Shown: positions 23,836 to 33,680, counted from the first letter of the stretch. The stretch is DNA of 51,142 bases from Deltaproteobacteria bacterium (GCA_016934455.1 JAFGSX010000259.1:1-51142); one strand, 5' to 3'. Notes: generated from the letters alone by a model not told the origin. Program-made: numbers and translations.

Positions 23836-25539
23836 TCAGCGCAGATCGATCTCGCGCCGCAGGTGCTCGTCGGCGCGGATCGCGATCTTGAGCTTGCGGC
23901 CGGGCAGCTTGCCCTGGCTGCGCAGCTCCAGCGTGTGCTGCCCCACCGGCAGCTTGACCCCGACCAGCGGTGTCTCGCCCAGCCGCTTGCCCCTGAGCCA
24001 GACCTCGGCCCAGGGCGTGGTCTTCAGCGAGAACAGCCCGCTGGCCTGCTCGTCGCGGCTCTCCTTCTTGGGCGGTCTGACCCTGGCCGCGACCTTCTTG
24101 GCCGGCGCCAAAGCGATCGCCGGCTGCGCCGGCGCCGACGCAGAGCTCGCCGCCGCGACCGCTGCCGGCCGGGTATCGGTTGGCGCGGCGTCTGGCAGTG
24201 CGGCGTCGGATGGCGCAGCCGCGATAGCGGGCGCGCTCGTCGCCGCCGTGGGCGCAGACCAGTTCAACCAGGCGCGGCCGCCCAGGATGGTCGCCGCGCC
24301 GGCGGCGATGACCACTGCCGCGGCCAGCAGCAGACTCCGGCTCCGGCTCCGGCTCGCGGTCGGCTTCCCCTCCGAGATCGTCGGCGCCAACGCCGGCTCT
24401 CGCGGCACGCCCTCGAACGACAGCTCGATGCTGCCGCTCGAGCCCAGCTCGCAAAAAATATCGGGCGGCGGAGCCACGCCGGTCTCGCCCGACTCGCGCA
24501 GCCGCGCCTTGATCTGCATCCGGTCGCTGAACACGCGCCGCATCCAGCCACCGATCTCGCTCGCTCCCGCCACCGAACCGATCACCAGCAGCGACTGCTG
24601 GATCGCGCGCCGCATCTCGTCGGCGGTCTGGAACCGGTCGGCGGGCCGCATCGCCAGCGCCCGGAGCACCACCTGCTCCAGCTCGAGCGGATAGCCGGGC
24701 ACCACCGCCGAGGGCGGTGGGATCTGGCCGCCGAGGATGAGAGAGAGCGTACCCATCTCGCTGTCGTGCTTGAACAGGCGGCGGGCGCAGGTCACCTCGT
24801 AGAGCACGATACCGAGCGAGAAGACATCCGACCGCCGATCCAGGTCCAGCCCCTGCGCCTGCTCGGGCGACATGTAGGGGATCTTGCCCTTGAGCTGCCG
24901 GTCGGTGGTGCTGGTGATGCGGCCGCGCGCCTTGGCCACGCCGAAGTCGACCAGCTTCACGAAGCCGTCGTAGGTGATCAGGATGTTGTGGGGAGAGACG
25001 TCGCGGTGAACCAGGTTGAGCGACTGGCCGTCGCCGCCGCGCAGCTCGTGCGCTGCGTGCAACCCGGCCGCGGCGTCGGCCACGATGGTGGCGGCCTCGA
25101 CCAGCGGCATCCGCGGCGGATCGCTGCGAACGACCTGCTGGCGCAGGGTCTCGCCGACCAGCCGCGACAGACTCTCGCCCTCGACATACTCCATCGCGAT
25201 GTAGAAGCTGCCGTTGCTCTCCCCCAGGTCGAAGATCTGGGCCACGTTGGGGTGCTGCAGGCGCGCGGCGATGCGCGCCTCGTCGAGAAACATGTCGACG
25301 AAGTAGCGCTGCTTGGCCAGGTGGGGATGGATGCGCTTGATGGCGACCAGCTTCTCGAACCCGGCCGGCCCGGTCGCCCGCGCCAGGTAGAGCGTGGCCA
25401 TGCCGCCCGCGGCCAACTCGTACAGCAGCTCGTAACGGCCCAGGCGCTCGCTATCGACCAGACCCGTCCTCGAGCCCCCCGCGCGGCCTTCGGCGCCAGC
25501 GGGCAGCTCCTCGGTCTGAGCATCCTTCCAGCCGCTCAT
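23836..25539 (-). CDS. Ser/Thr protein kinase with a TM segment and a C-terminal PEGA domain
   Basis: The start is MSGWKD... Kinase motifs: VAIKRI, HRDVSPHNILI, DFGVAK, YMSPEQ. The TM segment is LLLAAAVVIAAGAATILGG. The C-terminus ..TTPWAEVWLRGKRLGETPLVGVKLPVGQHTLEL.. is PEGA-like. Confidence 0.9.
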   Translation of the reverse strand: MSGWKDAQTEELPAGAEGRAGGSRTGLVDSERLGRYELLYELAAGGMATLYLARATGPAGFEKLVAIKRIHPHLAKQRYFVDMFLDEARIAARLQHPNVAQIFDLGESNGSFYIAMEYVEGESLSRLVGETLRQQVVRSDPPRMPLVEAATIVADAAAGLHAAHELRGGDGQSLNLVHRDVSPHNILITYDGFVKLVDFGVAKARGRITSTTDRQLKGKIPYMSPEQAQGLDLDRRSDVFSLGIVLYEVTCARRLFKHDSEMGTLSLILGGQIPPPSAVVPGYPLELEQVVLRALAMRPADRFQTADEMRRAIQQSLLVIGSVAGASEIGGWMRRVFSDRMQIKARLRESGETGVAPPPDIFCELGSSGSIELSFEGVPREPALAPTISEGKPTASRSRSRSLLLAAAVVIAAGAATILGGRAWLNWSAPTAATSAPAIAAAPSDAALPDAAPTDTRPAAVAAASSASAPAQPAIALAPAKKVAARVRPPKKESRDEQASGLFSLKTTPWAEVWLRGKRLGETPLVGVKLPVGQHTLELRSQGKLPGRKLKIAIRADEHLRREIDLR

Positions 25540-25550
25540 GTCATCCGCGG

Positions 25551-26492
25551 TCAGTCGCCGGCGATGCGGTACGAGACACTGCCGAAGTGGACCGGCGCCG
25601 TAGACGACTGGTTGACCGCCACCGCGACCGCCGCGGTGGTCCCGCCGGCGACCAGCAGCGCCGCCACCCCGCCGGCGGCAACCCAGACCCAGCCGTTCTG
25701 GTACCACGGCCTGTCCACATCGCGGTCACCGCCTGCGGCGTCCGGCGTCGGAGCAGCGCTGGTGCCAGCTTGGCTGACCGCCACCGCGGGCGCCGGCGCG
25801 TCGGCGCGCACCGCGATCGGCGACGATTCGGAGCCGTACTCCCACAACACGCCGCCATTGGCGTCGCTGACCTGCACGTAGTACTCGAGGTCCCGGCCCG
25901 GCCCGATCTCTTGCGCGGACAGCGCCAATCTCATCCGGCCGGCGCCCGGCATCGATCGCGTCTTGAAGACCGCGCCGCCGGCCTCGCGGTAGCGCACCGC
26001 CACCCCGGTCGCCAGCCCGAGCGAATCCGGCTCGAGCTCGATTTCGAGTTGCAGCGGCCCCTCCGCCGGCCGCACGGAGGGCGGGGTGTGGATCAGCCGA
26101 AACCGCTTGAGCTGCTTGGTCGCCTCCTGCGCGACGAGAAACGGTCCCTGCACCTTGGGCGGTGCGTCCTCCGCGAGCTGCGCCTGAGGGTTGACGCAGA
26201 GCAGGCGCTTGAAGTGCTCGGAGGCCTCCGACGGCCGATCCATGGCCGCCGCGACGATGCCGAGATGCAGGTAGATGCTGGCGATCTGATCCGGGGTATT
26301 GCCCCTCGTGGCGAGCGCCTGGTTGTAGGCGACGTAGGCCTCGTCGTAGCGGAAGGCGTCGTACAGGGCCTGCGCTCGCGCGAGCGCCCCGTTCTTCGCG
26401 GTCGCGGTGGTCGCCAGGGCAACCGCGACCACGCCGAACACGCAGCACAGCGACTGCCGTGGCGCTCGCGGGACGCGGCGTTGCCTGGTCAT
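25551..26492 (-). CDS. TPR-like protein with an N-terminal signal/anchor and a C-terminal TM helix
   Basis: GGAGGG-N6-ATG at 26492 (MTRQRRVPRAP..). ARAQALYDAFRYDEAYVAYNQAL.. is TPR-like. The C-terminal helix is WVWVAAGGVAALLVAGG. It ends 11 nt upstream of the kinase start. Confidence 0.7.
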   Translation of the reverse strand: MTRQRRVPRAPRQSLCCVFGVVAVALATTATAKNGALARAQALYDAFRYDEAYVAYNQALATRGNTPDQIASIYLHLGIVAAAMDRPSEASEHFKRLLCVNPQAQLAEDAPPKVQGPFLVAQEATKQLKRFRLIHTPPSVRPAEGPLQLEIELEPDSLGLATGVAVRYREAGGAVFKTRSMPGAGRMRLALSAQEIGPGRDLEYYVQVSDANGGVLWEYGSESSPIAVRADAPAPAVAVSQAGTSAAPTPDAAGGDRDVDRPWYQNGWVWVAAGGVAALLVAGGTTAAVAVAVNQSSTAPVHFGSVSYRIAGD

Positions 26493-26723
26493 CGATCGCC
26501 CTCCGTCGCCGCGCATGGCCGCCGCCGCGATCAACGAGCTTGACCGTACCACCGCGTTGCGGGGGTCACAAGCCGGGTGCCGCGGTCCTGCCATGTCAAT
26601 TCGATCGCCGAGCTACGTCGATCGCCAGGCCTCGTCGTCTGGTTGACCGGCGGCTGGCCGCAGCCCGTCCCCTGGCAACCACGGATCGCCGACGACTCCA
26701 TCTCGGCCGCGCCCGTCTCCCTG

Positions 26724-26761
26724 TTGCAGCAAAACAACTGGTTGATTAAACTGGTTTGATA
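26724..26761 (+). promoter_or_regulatory. Sigma70-like promoter (TTGCAG-17-TAAACT) overlapped by two 13-nt direct repeats, AACTGGTTGATTA/AACTGGTTTGATA
   Basis: Read from the sequence. It lies 15-50 nt upstream of GAGAGG-N6-GTG, the antitoxin start. This is the layout expected of an autoregulated TA operator. Confidence 0.35.
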
Positions 26762-26775
26762 ACGAGAGGTGCCGT

Positions 26776-27024
26776 GTGAGCGTACCCAAGAAGATAGGTT
26801 CGTTCGAGGCCAAGACCCGCCTGGCCGAGCTGCTGCGGGAGGTCGAGCGGGGGCAGAGCTATGACATTCTGCGCCGCGGCAAGCCGGTCGCCCGGCTCGG
26901 GCCGGTGCCGGATGAAAATTCCGGCGACCTGCGCGCGATCGCAGCGGCCTTTCGGCAGATCCGGGCGCGCGCGCGCGGGTCGGTGCCGGTGCGCGACCTC
27001 ATCGACACCGGAAGAAAGAGATGA
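26776..27024 (+). CDS. Phd/YefM-type antitoxin
   Basis: An 82-aa ORF. ..IGSFEAKTRLAELLREVERGQSYDILRRGKPVARL.. fits the Phd/YefM fold pattern. The TGA overlaps the downstream ATG (ATGA). Confidence 0.8.
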   Translation: MSVPKKIGSFEAKTRLAELLREVERGQSYDILRRGKPVARLGPVPDENSGDLRAIAAAFRQIRARARGSVPVRDLIDTGRKR

Positions 27025-27449
27025 TGCCACGCGAGCTGGTGCTCGATTGCTCGGTGGCGCTGGCCTGGCTGCTACCGGACGAGTCGACGGCGACCGCCGA
27101 GCGCCTGCTGCAGTCCCTGGACCAGCGCTGCCGGCTCTGGATCCCGGCACTCTGGTGGTACGAGCTCGCCAACGCGCTCCGGGCCGCGGTGGCAAGAAGG
27201 CGGTTGTCACCAGCCGATGCCGACCATGCGCTCGAACTCATTCGCGGACTGCCGCTCTATGTCGATACGCTACTCGGCAGCGAGGCAGCACAGCGATTTG
27301 ACGCCCTGGCCCGCGAGCACGGGCTCTCCGCATACGACGCTGCCTACCTCGAGCTCGCGCAGCGTCGCGGCGTGCCGCTCGCAACATTTGACGCCGCCCT
27401 CACGACCGCCTGCCGTCGCTCTGGCGTGAAGCTCGTTCCCGGCCGCTGA
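27021..27449 (+). CDS. vapC: PIN-domain toxin (VapC-like)
   Basis: A 142-aa ORF. LVLDCSVALAW.. carries the N-terminal acidic residue, ..WWYELANAL.. the Glu, and ..SAYDAAYLELA.. the Asp. This is the typical PIN triad context. Confidence 0.85.
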   Translation: MMPRELVLDCSVALAWLLPDESTATAERLLQSLDQRCRLWIPALWWYELANALRAAVARRRLSPADADHALELIRGLPLYVDTLLGSEAAQRFDALAREHGLSAYDAAYLELAQRRGVPLATFDAALTTACRRSGVKLVPGR

Positions 27450-27551
27450 TCGACCCCCACCGGTTGTCGGTCGCCGCCGACACCCGGCCCGCCCACCGTC
27501 GGCCGCGTCTCAATTCGCAAGTCAATTCAGCTATTAGCCAGATCCCCTCGA

Positions 27552-27566
27552 TGGCCTGATGTTTGC
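27552..27566 (+). promoter_or_regulatory. Sigma54-type promoter candidate TGGCCTgatgtTTGC (GG-N10-GC spacing correct)
   Basis: It matches TGGCAC-N5-TTGC at T1 G2 G3 C4 G7 T12 T13 G14 C15. The predicted TSS is near 27578. That leaves a 26-nt leader containing GAGGTGG before ATG 27604. Confidence 0.4.
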
Positions 27567-27603
27567 GTTACCAGCGCCTCAAATGCACTAGACGAGGTGG
27601 ATC

Positions 27604-29928
27604 ATGAACCTGACTCCAGCGCGCGCGGCCATCCTTGCCGCTGCCGCGATCGCCAGCGCCTGCGGCCCGGCCGGCATCGAGGTCAACGAGCCAACGGCAG
27701 ACAGCATCGACGCCGGCACCGCGGCCGACCTGCTGCTCCGGCGCCGCGGTACCTGCTCGGTCTCGCCCGATCCGGCGACCGTCGACATCGAGGCCATGGT
27801 CCTCGGCCTCGGGCTGGCGAGCGACGAGCCGATCCGGGTGGAGATCTCGGTGGCCGGTTCCACCGAATCGCACGACGCCGCGACCGACAGCGACGGCGGC
27901 ATTTTGCTCGCCTTCGTGCCGCGGGCCGCCGGGTCGGGCCGCGTGTCGATATACGGCGGCCGAAGGTTGTCGAAGCTCGCCGCGGTCTGCTCTTTTCTCG
28001 TCGAGGCGGCAGCGCCGCAGCCCGACGACGCCGGCCAAGATGCGGCCGTGCCTGATGCCGATGCTCCGGATGCTGCCGCGCCCGACATCGATGCTCCGGA
28101 TACTGCCGCGCCCACCTGCGGCGACGGCGACTGCAGCGGCGGCGAGACCTGCGTCTCATGTGCTCGGGACTGCGGCGAGTGTCCGGCCACGGGGACCGAA
28201 TACTACGTGGCCGCAAACGGCGGCAGCGACTCCTACGACGGGCGCTCCGCAGCCTTTCAGGGTGGCTCCAGCGGGCCGTGGCAGACCATCCGGCACGCGG
28301 TCAGCACGGTGACTGCCGGCGCCACGGTCTATGTCCGGGCCGGCACCTACCACGAGACCATCGATCCGGTGCGCTCCGGGTCGGCCGACAACTGGATCGC
28401 GTTTCGCAATTATCCGGGAGAGCAGCCGCTGATCGACGGCCAGAACGGCACCCGCCAGTACTGCATCCGGGTCAACGGATACGACCATCTCTTGTTCAGC
28501 GGCTTCAGGCTGACCGGAGTGGGCAACGGCAGCTCCGGTTCCTCGGCCGTGGCGGTGCTGCCCGGCTCTGACAGCATCGTGCTCGACAACCTGGAGGTCT
28601 ACGGCAACCGCATCGGCATCCGGCTGAACGGCAGCAGCTCATCGGCGGGTGCGGCGATCACTAACGTGGTCATCAGGAACTGCCAGCTTCACGACAACAC
28701 CAAGTACGGCCTCTTCATCTACCGCAAGTGCCAGCACATCGTCGTCGGGCCGGGCAACTCCATCTCCTTCAACGGCATCACCCAGGTCGAGGACCATCCG
28801 TTCGGCATCGAGATCGGCGCCGCCTACGGCACCACGACCACCTCGCCCGATCCGGTGGACACCTGGCCCACGCAGATCGAGGTGGTCGGCAACGAGATCT
28901 ACAGCAACGAGGAGCAGGGCGTGCGCCCCGGCTTCTCGCGGAAGATCTGGATCCACGACAACTACATCCACGACAACGGGGCGACCGGCATCCAGGCCGA
29001 GCACAACGTCGAGAACATCGTGGTCGAGGACAATGTCCTGGAGCACAACGCGCTCTGGCACGAGTACGAGACCGGCCTCTGGTTCAGCAACGTGGTCAAC
29101 GGCTGCGCGCGCCGCAACGTCATCCGGGCCAACACCCTCGGCCTGACGACCCAGTACGGCCGCGATCTGATCATCCATCACAATCTGTTCCTCAAGAACG
29201 ACCGCGGCGTGGCCAGCGACGGCAGCTTCACCAACCCCGGAGCGAGCTACGGCGGCAGCACCTCCGGCATCAACATGTGGGGCGGAACCAGCTACTGCTA
29301 CATGACCCACAATACCTTGTACCAGAACACCTCGCCGGACTCGGGCAGCGCCAGCCTGCGCATCAAGAACAACGGTAATGACCACTCCGTGTTCAAGAAC
29401 AACATCGTCGCCATGACCCAGGCCGACGTCGATCTGGTGATCGATGCGGCCGACCATTTCTCCAGCGACAACAATGGCTTTTTCAATTCGCGCGACACCC
29501 GGGTGCGCTGGCTCGGCAGCGAGCTGTCGCTGGCTGCCTACCGGTCGGCCAGCGGCCAGGATGCCCACTCGCTGACCGGCGATCCCAAGTTCGTCAGCGC
29601 CATCGCCTCCGGCGGCGACTTCTCGCTGCAGGCCGGCAGCCCGGCGATCGACGCTGGCGCGCTCTTGACCTCGGTCACCTCGGCCGCCGGCCAGGGCACT
29701 ACCTTTGCGGTGGCCGATGCCCGCTATTTTTGCCCGGGCTGGGATACCGGCGCCGCCGGCGACACCATCGCGGTGGGAGACAATCCACCGGTCAGGCTGG
29801 TCAGCGTCGACAACGCGGCGAGCACGCTCACCGTGGACACGGCCGTGACCTGGCAGTCCGGCGACGCGGTGTCCTTTGCCTACGCCGGCGCCGGGCCCGA
29901 TCTCGGCGCCTTCGAACGCGCTCAGTGA
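27604..29928 (+). CDS. Right-handed parallel beta-helix (pectin-lyase-fold) lipoprotein
   Basis: The signal is MNLTPARAAILAAAAIASAC, followed by a D/A/P linker and the motif CGDGDCSGGETCVSCARDCGEC. Repeated beta-helix turns are visible (VIRNCQLHDN, IWIHDNYIHDN, IVVEDNVLEHN, IIHHNLFLKN). Confidence 0.8.
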   Translation: MNLTPARAAILAAAAIASACGPAGIEVNEPTADSIDAGTAADLLLRRRGTCSVSPDPATVDIEAMVLGLGLASDEPIRVEISVAGSTESHDAATDSDGGILLAFVPRAAGSGRVSIYGGRRLSKLAAVCSFLVEAAAPQPDDAGQDAAVPDADAPDAAAPDIDAPDTAAPTCGDGDCSGGETCVSCARDCGECPATGTEYYVAANGGSDSYDGRSAAFQGGSSGPWQTIRHAVSTVTAGATVYVRAGTYHETIDPVRSGSADNWIAFRNYPGEQPLIDGQNGTRQYCIRVNGYDHLLFSGFRLTGVGNGSSGSSAVAVLPGSDSIVLDNLEVYGNRIGIRLNGSSSSAGAAITNVVIRNCQLHDNTKYGLFIYRKCQHIVVGPGNSISFNGITQVEDHPFGIEIGAAYGTTTTSPDPVDTWPTQIEVVGNEIYSNEEQGVRPGFSRKIWIHDNYIHDNGATGIQAEHNVENIVVEDNVLEHNALWHEYETGLWFSNVVNGCARRNVIRANTLGLTTQYGRDLIIHHNLFLKNDRGVASDGSFTNPGASYGGSTSGINMWGGTSYCYMTHNTLYQNTSPDSGSASLRIKNNGNDHSVFKNNIVAMTQADVDLVIDAADHFSSDNNGFFNSRDTRVRWLGSELSLAAYRSASGQDAHSLTGDPKFVSAIASGGDFSLQAGSPAIDAGALLTSVTSAAGQGTTFAVADARYFCPGWDTGAAGDTIAVGDNPPVRLVSVDNAASTLTVDTAVTWQSGDAVSFAYAGAGPDLGAFERAQ

Positions 29929-31655
29929 ATCACGGTGTAGGTCGATCCGGGCGCGCTCTGATTGAGGTAGCTGGCGTGGATCCAGGCCGCCGGGCGCGCT
30001 GTCGACGACAACCGCACCTCGTCGAGCCTGCCGCTCAGGTGGTTGCGGGCGTTGCACGCGTTGCGCCCCAGGTACAGCCCGCTGGCCGGCACCAGCGTCA
30101 GACCGGAGTAGTCGTCGTCGACCTGGAAAATCAGCGCGCCGTCCGAGTAGATCAGCAGCTCGCTCGCCGTGCGCACGCCGGCGACGTGGTGCCAGGTGTC
30201 GCTGGAAATCCGCCGGCCGAAGACATCCTCGCAGGTTTCGGCGTGGCACATGCGGAACACGTCGTAGTTGACGTGTCCCGTGTCGTCGGTGACCCGCAGC
30301 TCGAAGCCGTCGTCGTAATCGCAGGTGTACTGCGACAGAATCGTGTTGTCGTCGACGACCGGGTCGTCCGCGATCCGCACCCAGACCGAGACCGTCATCT
30401 GCCCGATGCTCCAGGCGCCCGCGAGCTGGTCGATGGCGATGCTATCTTCTTCGGTCGCAGAAAACTCGTAGCCGGTGCCGATCGGCGCCAAGACCCCGGG
30501 CTGGGCTCCATTCGCGATCCCGTTGCGACCGAGGGCGGTCGAGTCAAGGACGGCACCCGTCGACTCGCCCAGGTGCCAGACCCCGACGAATCCGTTGGCC
30601 CAGACCGCGCTGGCGTGCTGCACGTCGGCGACCACCTGATCGCTGCCGAAGTAGAGAAATATGGACTGACTGGCACCGACGAGGTCGACGCGCACCCAGG
30701 CCCGGTACTCGCCGGTCGCGGACAGGTAGCTCTCCACCTCGTGCTTGAGGATCTCGGTACCGTCGGCGGCCGCGAACACGACGTCAAAACCCTGCGCCTG
30801 CCGGACGTGCCCGCCGGCAGCGAGCGGCCTGAGCTCGTCCATCAGCGCCGAGTCGACCGCCGAATCGAAGAGCACCGGGAAGCGATCCAGCGGCTGGCCG
30901 GTCAGCGTCGGCGAGATGTCGATCTGCCAGCGCCGGGCAAAGCGCGTTGGAATACCGTCGACGAGCACCGAGAACTGAAAACCGGCAGCGTCCAACGCCT
31001 GCGCATCCGGCCATCCAGAGTCCGGGAGCGCGTCGGGCAGGCCGGTGTCGTGCCGCGCGTCGACCTGCGCGGCATCGGCGGCATCCGCCGCCGTCGCGTC
31101 CGGATATCCGGCGTCGACCCGGACGTCGGGCCAGGAGATGTCGGCCGCAGCAGCGTCCCCGCCCACGTCGGCGACGCCGGCGTCGCGCCGGTCGTTCGCG
31201 CTTGAATCGGCGTGACTGACGTCGGCGCTGGCCGCATCGCCCGCCACGCAGCGCCCCTGCTCGCAGCGCTGACCCGCGCCGCAGCCGGCGCCCGCCACCT
31301 CGCGCAGCGCTATCTTCACCGTGTTGTCGACACCGCGCCGGATCTCGGTCTCGGCGCAGCCCTCGAGAAAGACCAGACAGTCGCCGTCGCTCACCTCTGC
31401 CAGAAACGCCACCTTGCCGATCGCCACCTGCCCCACCTCGGGCGAGTCGGCGTGCGAGTCGAACACCAGCCGCGGCGTGCCCGGCGCGGCCCGCAACCCC
31501 GAGCACGCAAAGCCCTCGCCCACGAACAGCTCGACCGTGCGGCCGCGCTCGAACAACTGTTGCGACGGGTAGACGAGCTGCGCGCTGAAGGTGCCGTCGC
31601 CGCAGGCGGCCGCCATTGCAGCCAGCCACAGCGTCGCCCCGCAGCGCGCATCCAT
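29922..31655 (-). CDS. DUF2341 + LamG (concanavalin-like) lipoprotein
   Basis: The signal is MDARCGATLWLAAMAAAC. The DUF2341-like core is ..RAWVRVDLVGASQSIFLYFGS... The LamG end is ..HLSGRLDEVRLSSTARPAAWIHASYLNQ... The stops overlap convergently with the previous gene (TCAgTGA). Confidence 0.8.
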   Translation of the reverse strand: MDARCGATLWLAAMAAACGDGTFSAQLVYPSQQLFERGRTVELFVGEGFACSGLRAAPGTPRLVFDSHADSPEVGQVAIGKVAFLAEVSDGDCLVFLEGCAETEIRRGVDNTVKIALREVAGAGCGAGQRCEQGRCVAGDAASADVSHADSSANDRRDAGVADVGGDAAAADISWPDVRVDAGYPDATAADAADAAQVDARHDTGLPDALPDSGWPDAQALDAAGFQFSVLVDGIPTRFARRWQIDISPTLTGQPLDRFPVLFDSAVDSALMDELRPLAAGGHVRQAQGFDVVFAAADGTEILKHEVESYLSATGEYRAWVRVDLVGASQSIFLYFGSDQVVADVQHASAVWANGFVGVWHLGESTGAVLDSTALGRNGIANGAQPGVLAPIGTGYEFSATEEDSIAIDQLAGAWSIGQMTVSVWVRIADDPVVDDNTILSQYTCDYDDGFELRVTDDTGHVNYDVFRMCHAETCEDVFGRRISSDTWHHVAGVRTASELLIYSDGALIFQVDDDYSGLTLVPASGLYLGRNACNARNHLSGRLDEVRLSSTARPAAWIHASYLNQSAPGSTYTVIH

Positions 31656-31662
31656 GTCATCG

Positions 31663-31691
31663 ACGCTAGACGCGCGCCCTCGACCTGTCAA
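31663..31691 (-). promoter_or_regulatory. Sigma70-like promoter TTGACA-17-TAGCGT ending 7 nt before ATG 31655 (implies a leaderless mRNA)
   Basis: Read from the minus strand. No SD lies between the -10 element and the ATG. Confidence 0.3.
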
Positions 31692-31824
31692 ATCCCGGCC
31701 GCGATCGTGACGGCCGTCACCAGAGCGCGGTCCGGCGCCCGCCTGTTGTCGGTTGCCGCCGACATCGAGATGGGTCTCGCGAGCCAGGACCGTTGAGATC
31801 TGGACAAAATCTACGCCAGACCGT

Positions 31825-31839
31825 TGGTCTGCACCTTGC
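31825..31839 (+). promoter_or_regulatory. Sigma54-type promoter candidate TGGTCTgcaccTTGC
   Basis: It matches the consensus at T1 G2 G3 G7 T12 T13 G14 C15. The predicted TSS is near 31851. That means either a near-leaderless ATG at 31854 or use of the Met at 31878. Confidence 0.35.
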
Positions 31840-31853
31840 TTTCACGGAGATCC

Positions 31854-33680
31854 ATGAAAAAAAAATCGAGACTGGCCATGCGCTCTTGCGGCCTGTTGCT
31901 CGCAGTCACCCTCGTCCTGGCGATCGGCGCCGCGTGCGGCCCGCGCGGCATCCAGGTGAGAGAGCCGTCGACAGGCGACTTTGACGACCAGGCCTGCGGC
32001 GACCGGCCCTGCGACGAGGGCGAGGGCGAGGATGGTGGGATCGGGCCGCTGGACTGCGGTCCAGACGACGCGGGTTCACTACCGGCCGACGCCGCGTTGC
32101 CCGATCCCGACGCCGCGTTGCCCGATCCCGACGCCGCGCTGCCCGATCCCGACGCTGCAATGCCCGATCCCGACGCCGCGCTGCCCGATCCCGACGCTGC
32201 AATGCCCGATCCCGACGCCGGTCCGCTTGGTCCCGCGGTGGCGTTCCCGGGTGCCGAGGGTTTTGGAGCGTCGACCCCGGGCGGCCGCGGTGGACAGATT
32301 TTCGTGGTCTCCAACCTGAACGACTCGGGCGCGGGCAGCCTGCGCGCGTGTGTCTCGGCCACCGGGCCGCGGATGTGCATCTTCAGCACGGGCGGGCTCA
32401 TCGATCTCCGGACCTCGTTGGCCATCGACAATCCCTTCATCACGATCGCCGGCCAGAGCGCGCCGGGCGGAGGCATCACCGTCAGGAACCTGAACGGCGG
32501 CGATGCGTTGACGGTTCGGACCCACGACGTGGTGCTGCGCTACCTCTCGCTGCGACCCGGCCCCGGCGGCGAAAACCACGCCCTCGAGATCGCCAGCAAC
32601 GGCGATGCGCTCCACGACATCGTCGTCGACCACTGTTCCATGAGCTGGGCCACGGACGAGGTGTTCGAGACCTGGTATGGCGACCACGATGTCACCATCC
32701 AGTGGTCGCTCGTCACCGAGGGGCTCCACTGCAGCAACCACTCCAAGGGCTGCCACGGCAAGGGCGCCCTGCTGGGCGGCTACAAGGATGACGAGAACGG
32801 CAACGGCGGCGGCGCCTACGACATCTCCTTTCACCACAACCTGCTGGCCCACAACGGCGAGCGCAACCCGATGATCGACAACGGCGGCCTGGTGGAGGTC
32901 GTCAACAACGTCGTCTACAACCCATTTGGCGTGTTCAGCTACATGTACTACACGTCGAGCGAGCTGGTCAAAGTCGACTACGTCGCCAACTACTTCAAGT
33001 ACGGTCCCGACTCCACGGTCGGCAAGTACGAGATCAAGGGATACGACGACAGCGGCGCCGGCGCCGAGTTCTATGTACGGGACAACATCGGCCCGCACCG
33101 CACGTCGAACAGCCAGGCCCAGGATCTGGTGGTCGATCCGGGATTCCGCGTCACCGCTGACCCCGACACCACCGGGTCGCCGCTGGGGCATCTGGTCGCG
33201 ACGCGCTGGAACGCATCGCAGATCACGACGCTGCCCGCCTTTGACACCAGCCAGAGCAGCGACGCCTACCGCGAGGTGCTGGCGACGGCGGGCAACGCCA
33301 GAGGGCTCGACTGCAGCGGCAACTGGATCGCCCGGCGGGACGCCGTCGACAGGAGAATCGTGGAGGAGCTCAAGCGCGGCGAGGGCCGGGTGATCGACGC
33401 CCCGGGCCAGAGCACCTGCGTCGGTGTCTGCCGGGGCGGAACCTATGTCCTGAGCGCCGCGGACTACACCCGGTACGGGATCACCGATGCGCTGGATGGC
33501 CACGGCTGGCCCGTGGTGGCGACCGGAACGCCGTGCGCGGACAGCGATCGCGACGGCATGCCCGATGCGTGGGAAACGCGGCAAGAGCTCGACCCCGGCA
33601 GCTCCGCCGACAACACGCTCGATCGGGACGGCGACGGCTACACCAACATCGAGGAGTACCTCAACGGCACGACTCCCTGA
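31854..33680 (+). CDS. Pectate lyase-like (PL1-type) lipoprotein with a C-terminal Ca-binding-type DxDxDG tail
   Basis: The signal is MKKKSRLAMRSCGLLLAVTLVLAIGAAC. Family-type segments: GGRGGQIFVVSNLNDSGAGSLRACV, IVVDHCSMSWATDE and HHNLLAHNGERNP..VNNVVYN. The tail is DSDRDGMPDAWE..DRDGDGYTNIEEYLNG. Confidence 0.8.
   Translation: MKKKSRLAMRSCGLLLAVTLVLAIGAACGPRGIQVREPSTGDFDDQACGDRPCDEGEGEDGGIGPLDCGPDDAGSLPADAALPDPDAALPDPDAALPDPDAAMPDPDAALPDPDAAMPDPDAGPLGPAVAFPGAEGFGASTPGGRGGQIFVVSNLNDSGAGSLRACVSATGPRMCIFSTGGLIDLRTSLAIDNPFITIAGQSAPGGGITVRNLNGGDALTVRTHDVVLRYLSLRPGPGGENHALEIASNGDALHDIVVDHCSMSWATDEVFETWYGDHDVTIQWSLVTEGLHCSNHSKGCHGKGALLGGYKDDENGNGGGAYDISFHHNLLAHNGERNPMIDNGGLVEVVNNVVYNPFGVFSYMYYTSSELVKVDYVANYFKYGPDSTVGKYEIKGYDDSGAGAEFYVRDNIGPHRTSNSQAQDLVVDPGFRVTADPDTTGSPLGHLVATRWNASQITTLPAFDTSQSSDAYREVLATAGNARGLDCSGNWIARRDAVDRRIVEELKRGEGRVIDAPGQSTCVGVCRGGTYVLSAADYTRYGITDALDGHGWPVVATGTPCADSDRDGMPDAWETRQELDPGSSADNTLDRDGDGYTNIEEYLNGTTP
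32088..32213 (+). repeat. 21-nt tandem repeat x6 encoding (DAA[LM]PDP)n in the lipoprotein linker
   Basis: gacgccgcgttgcccgatccc and close variants are read head-to-tail and in frame. Confidence 0.9.
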
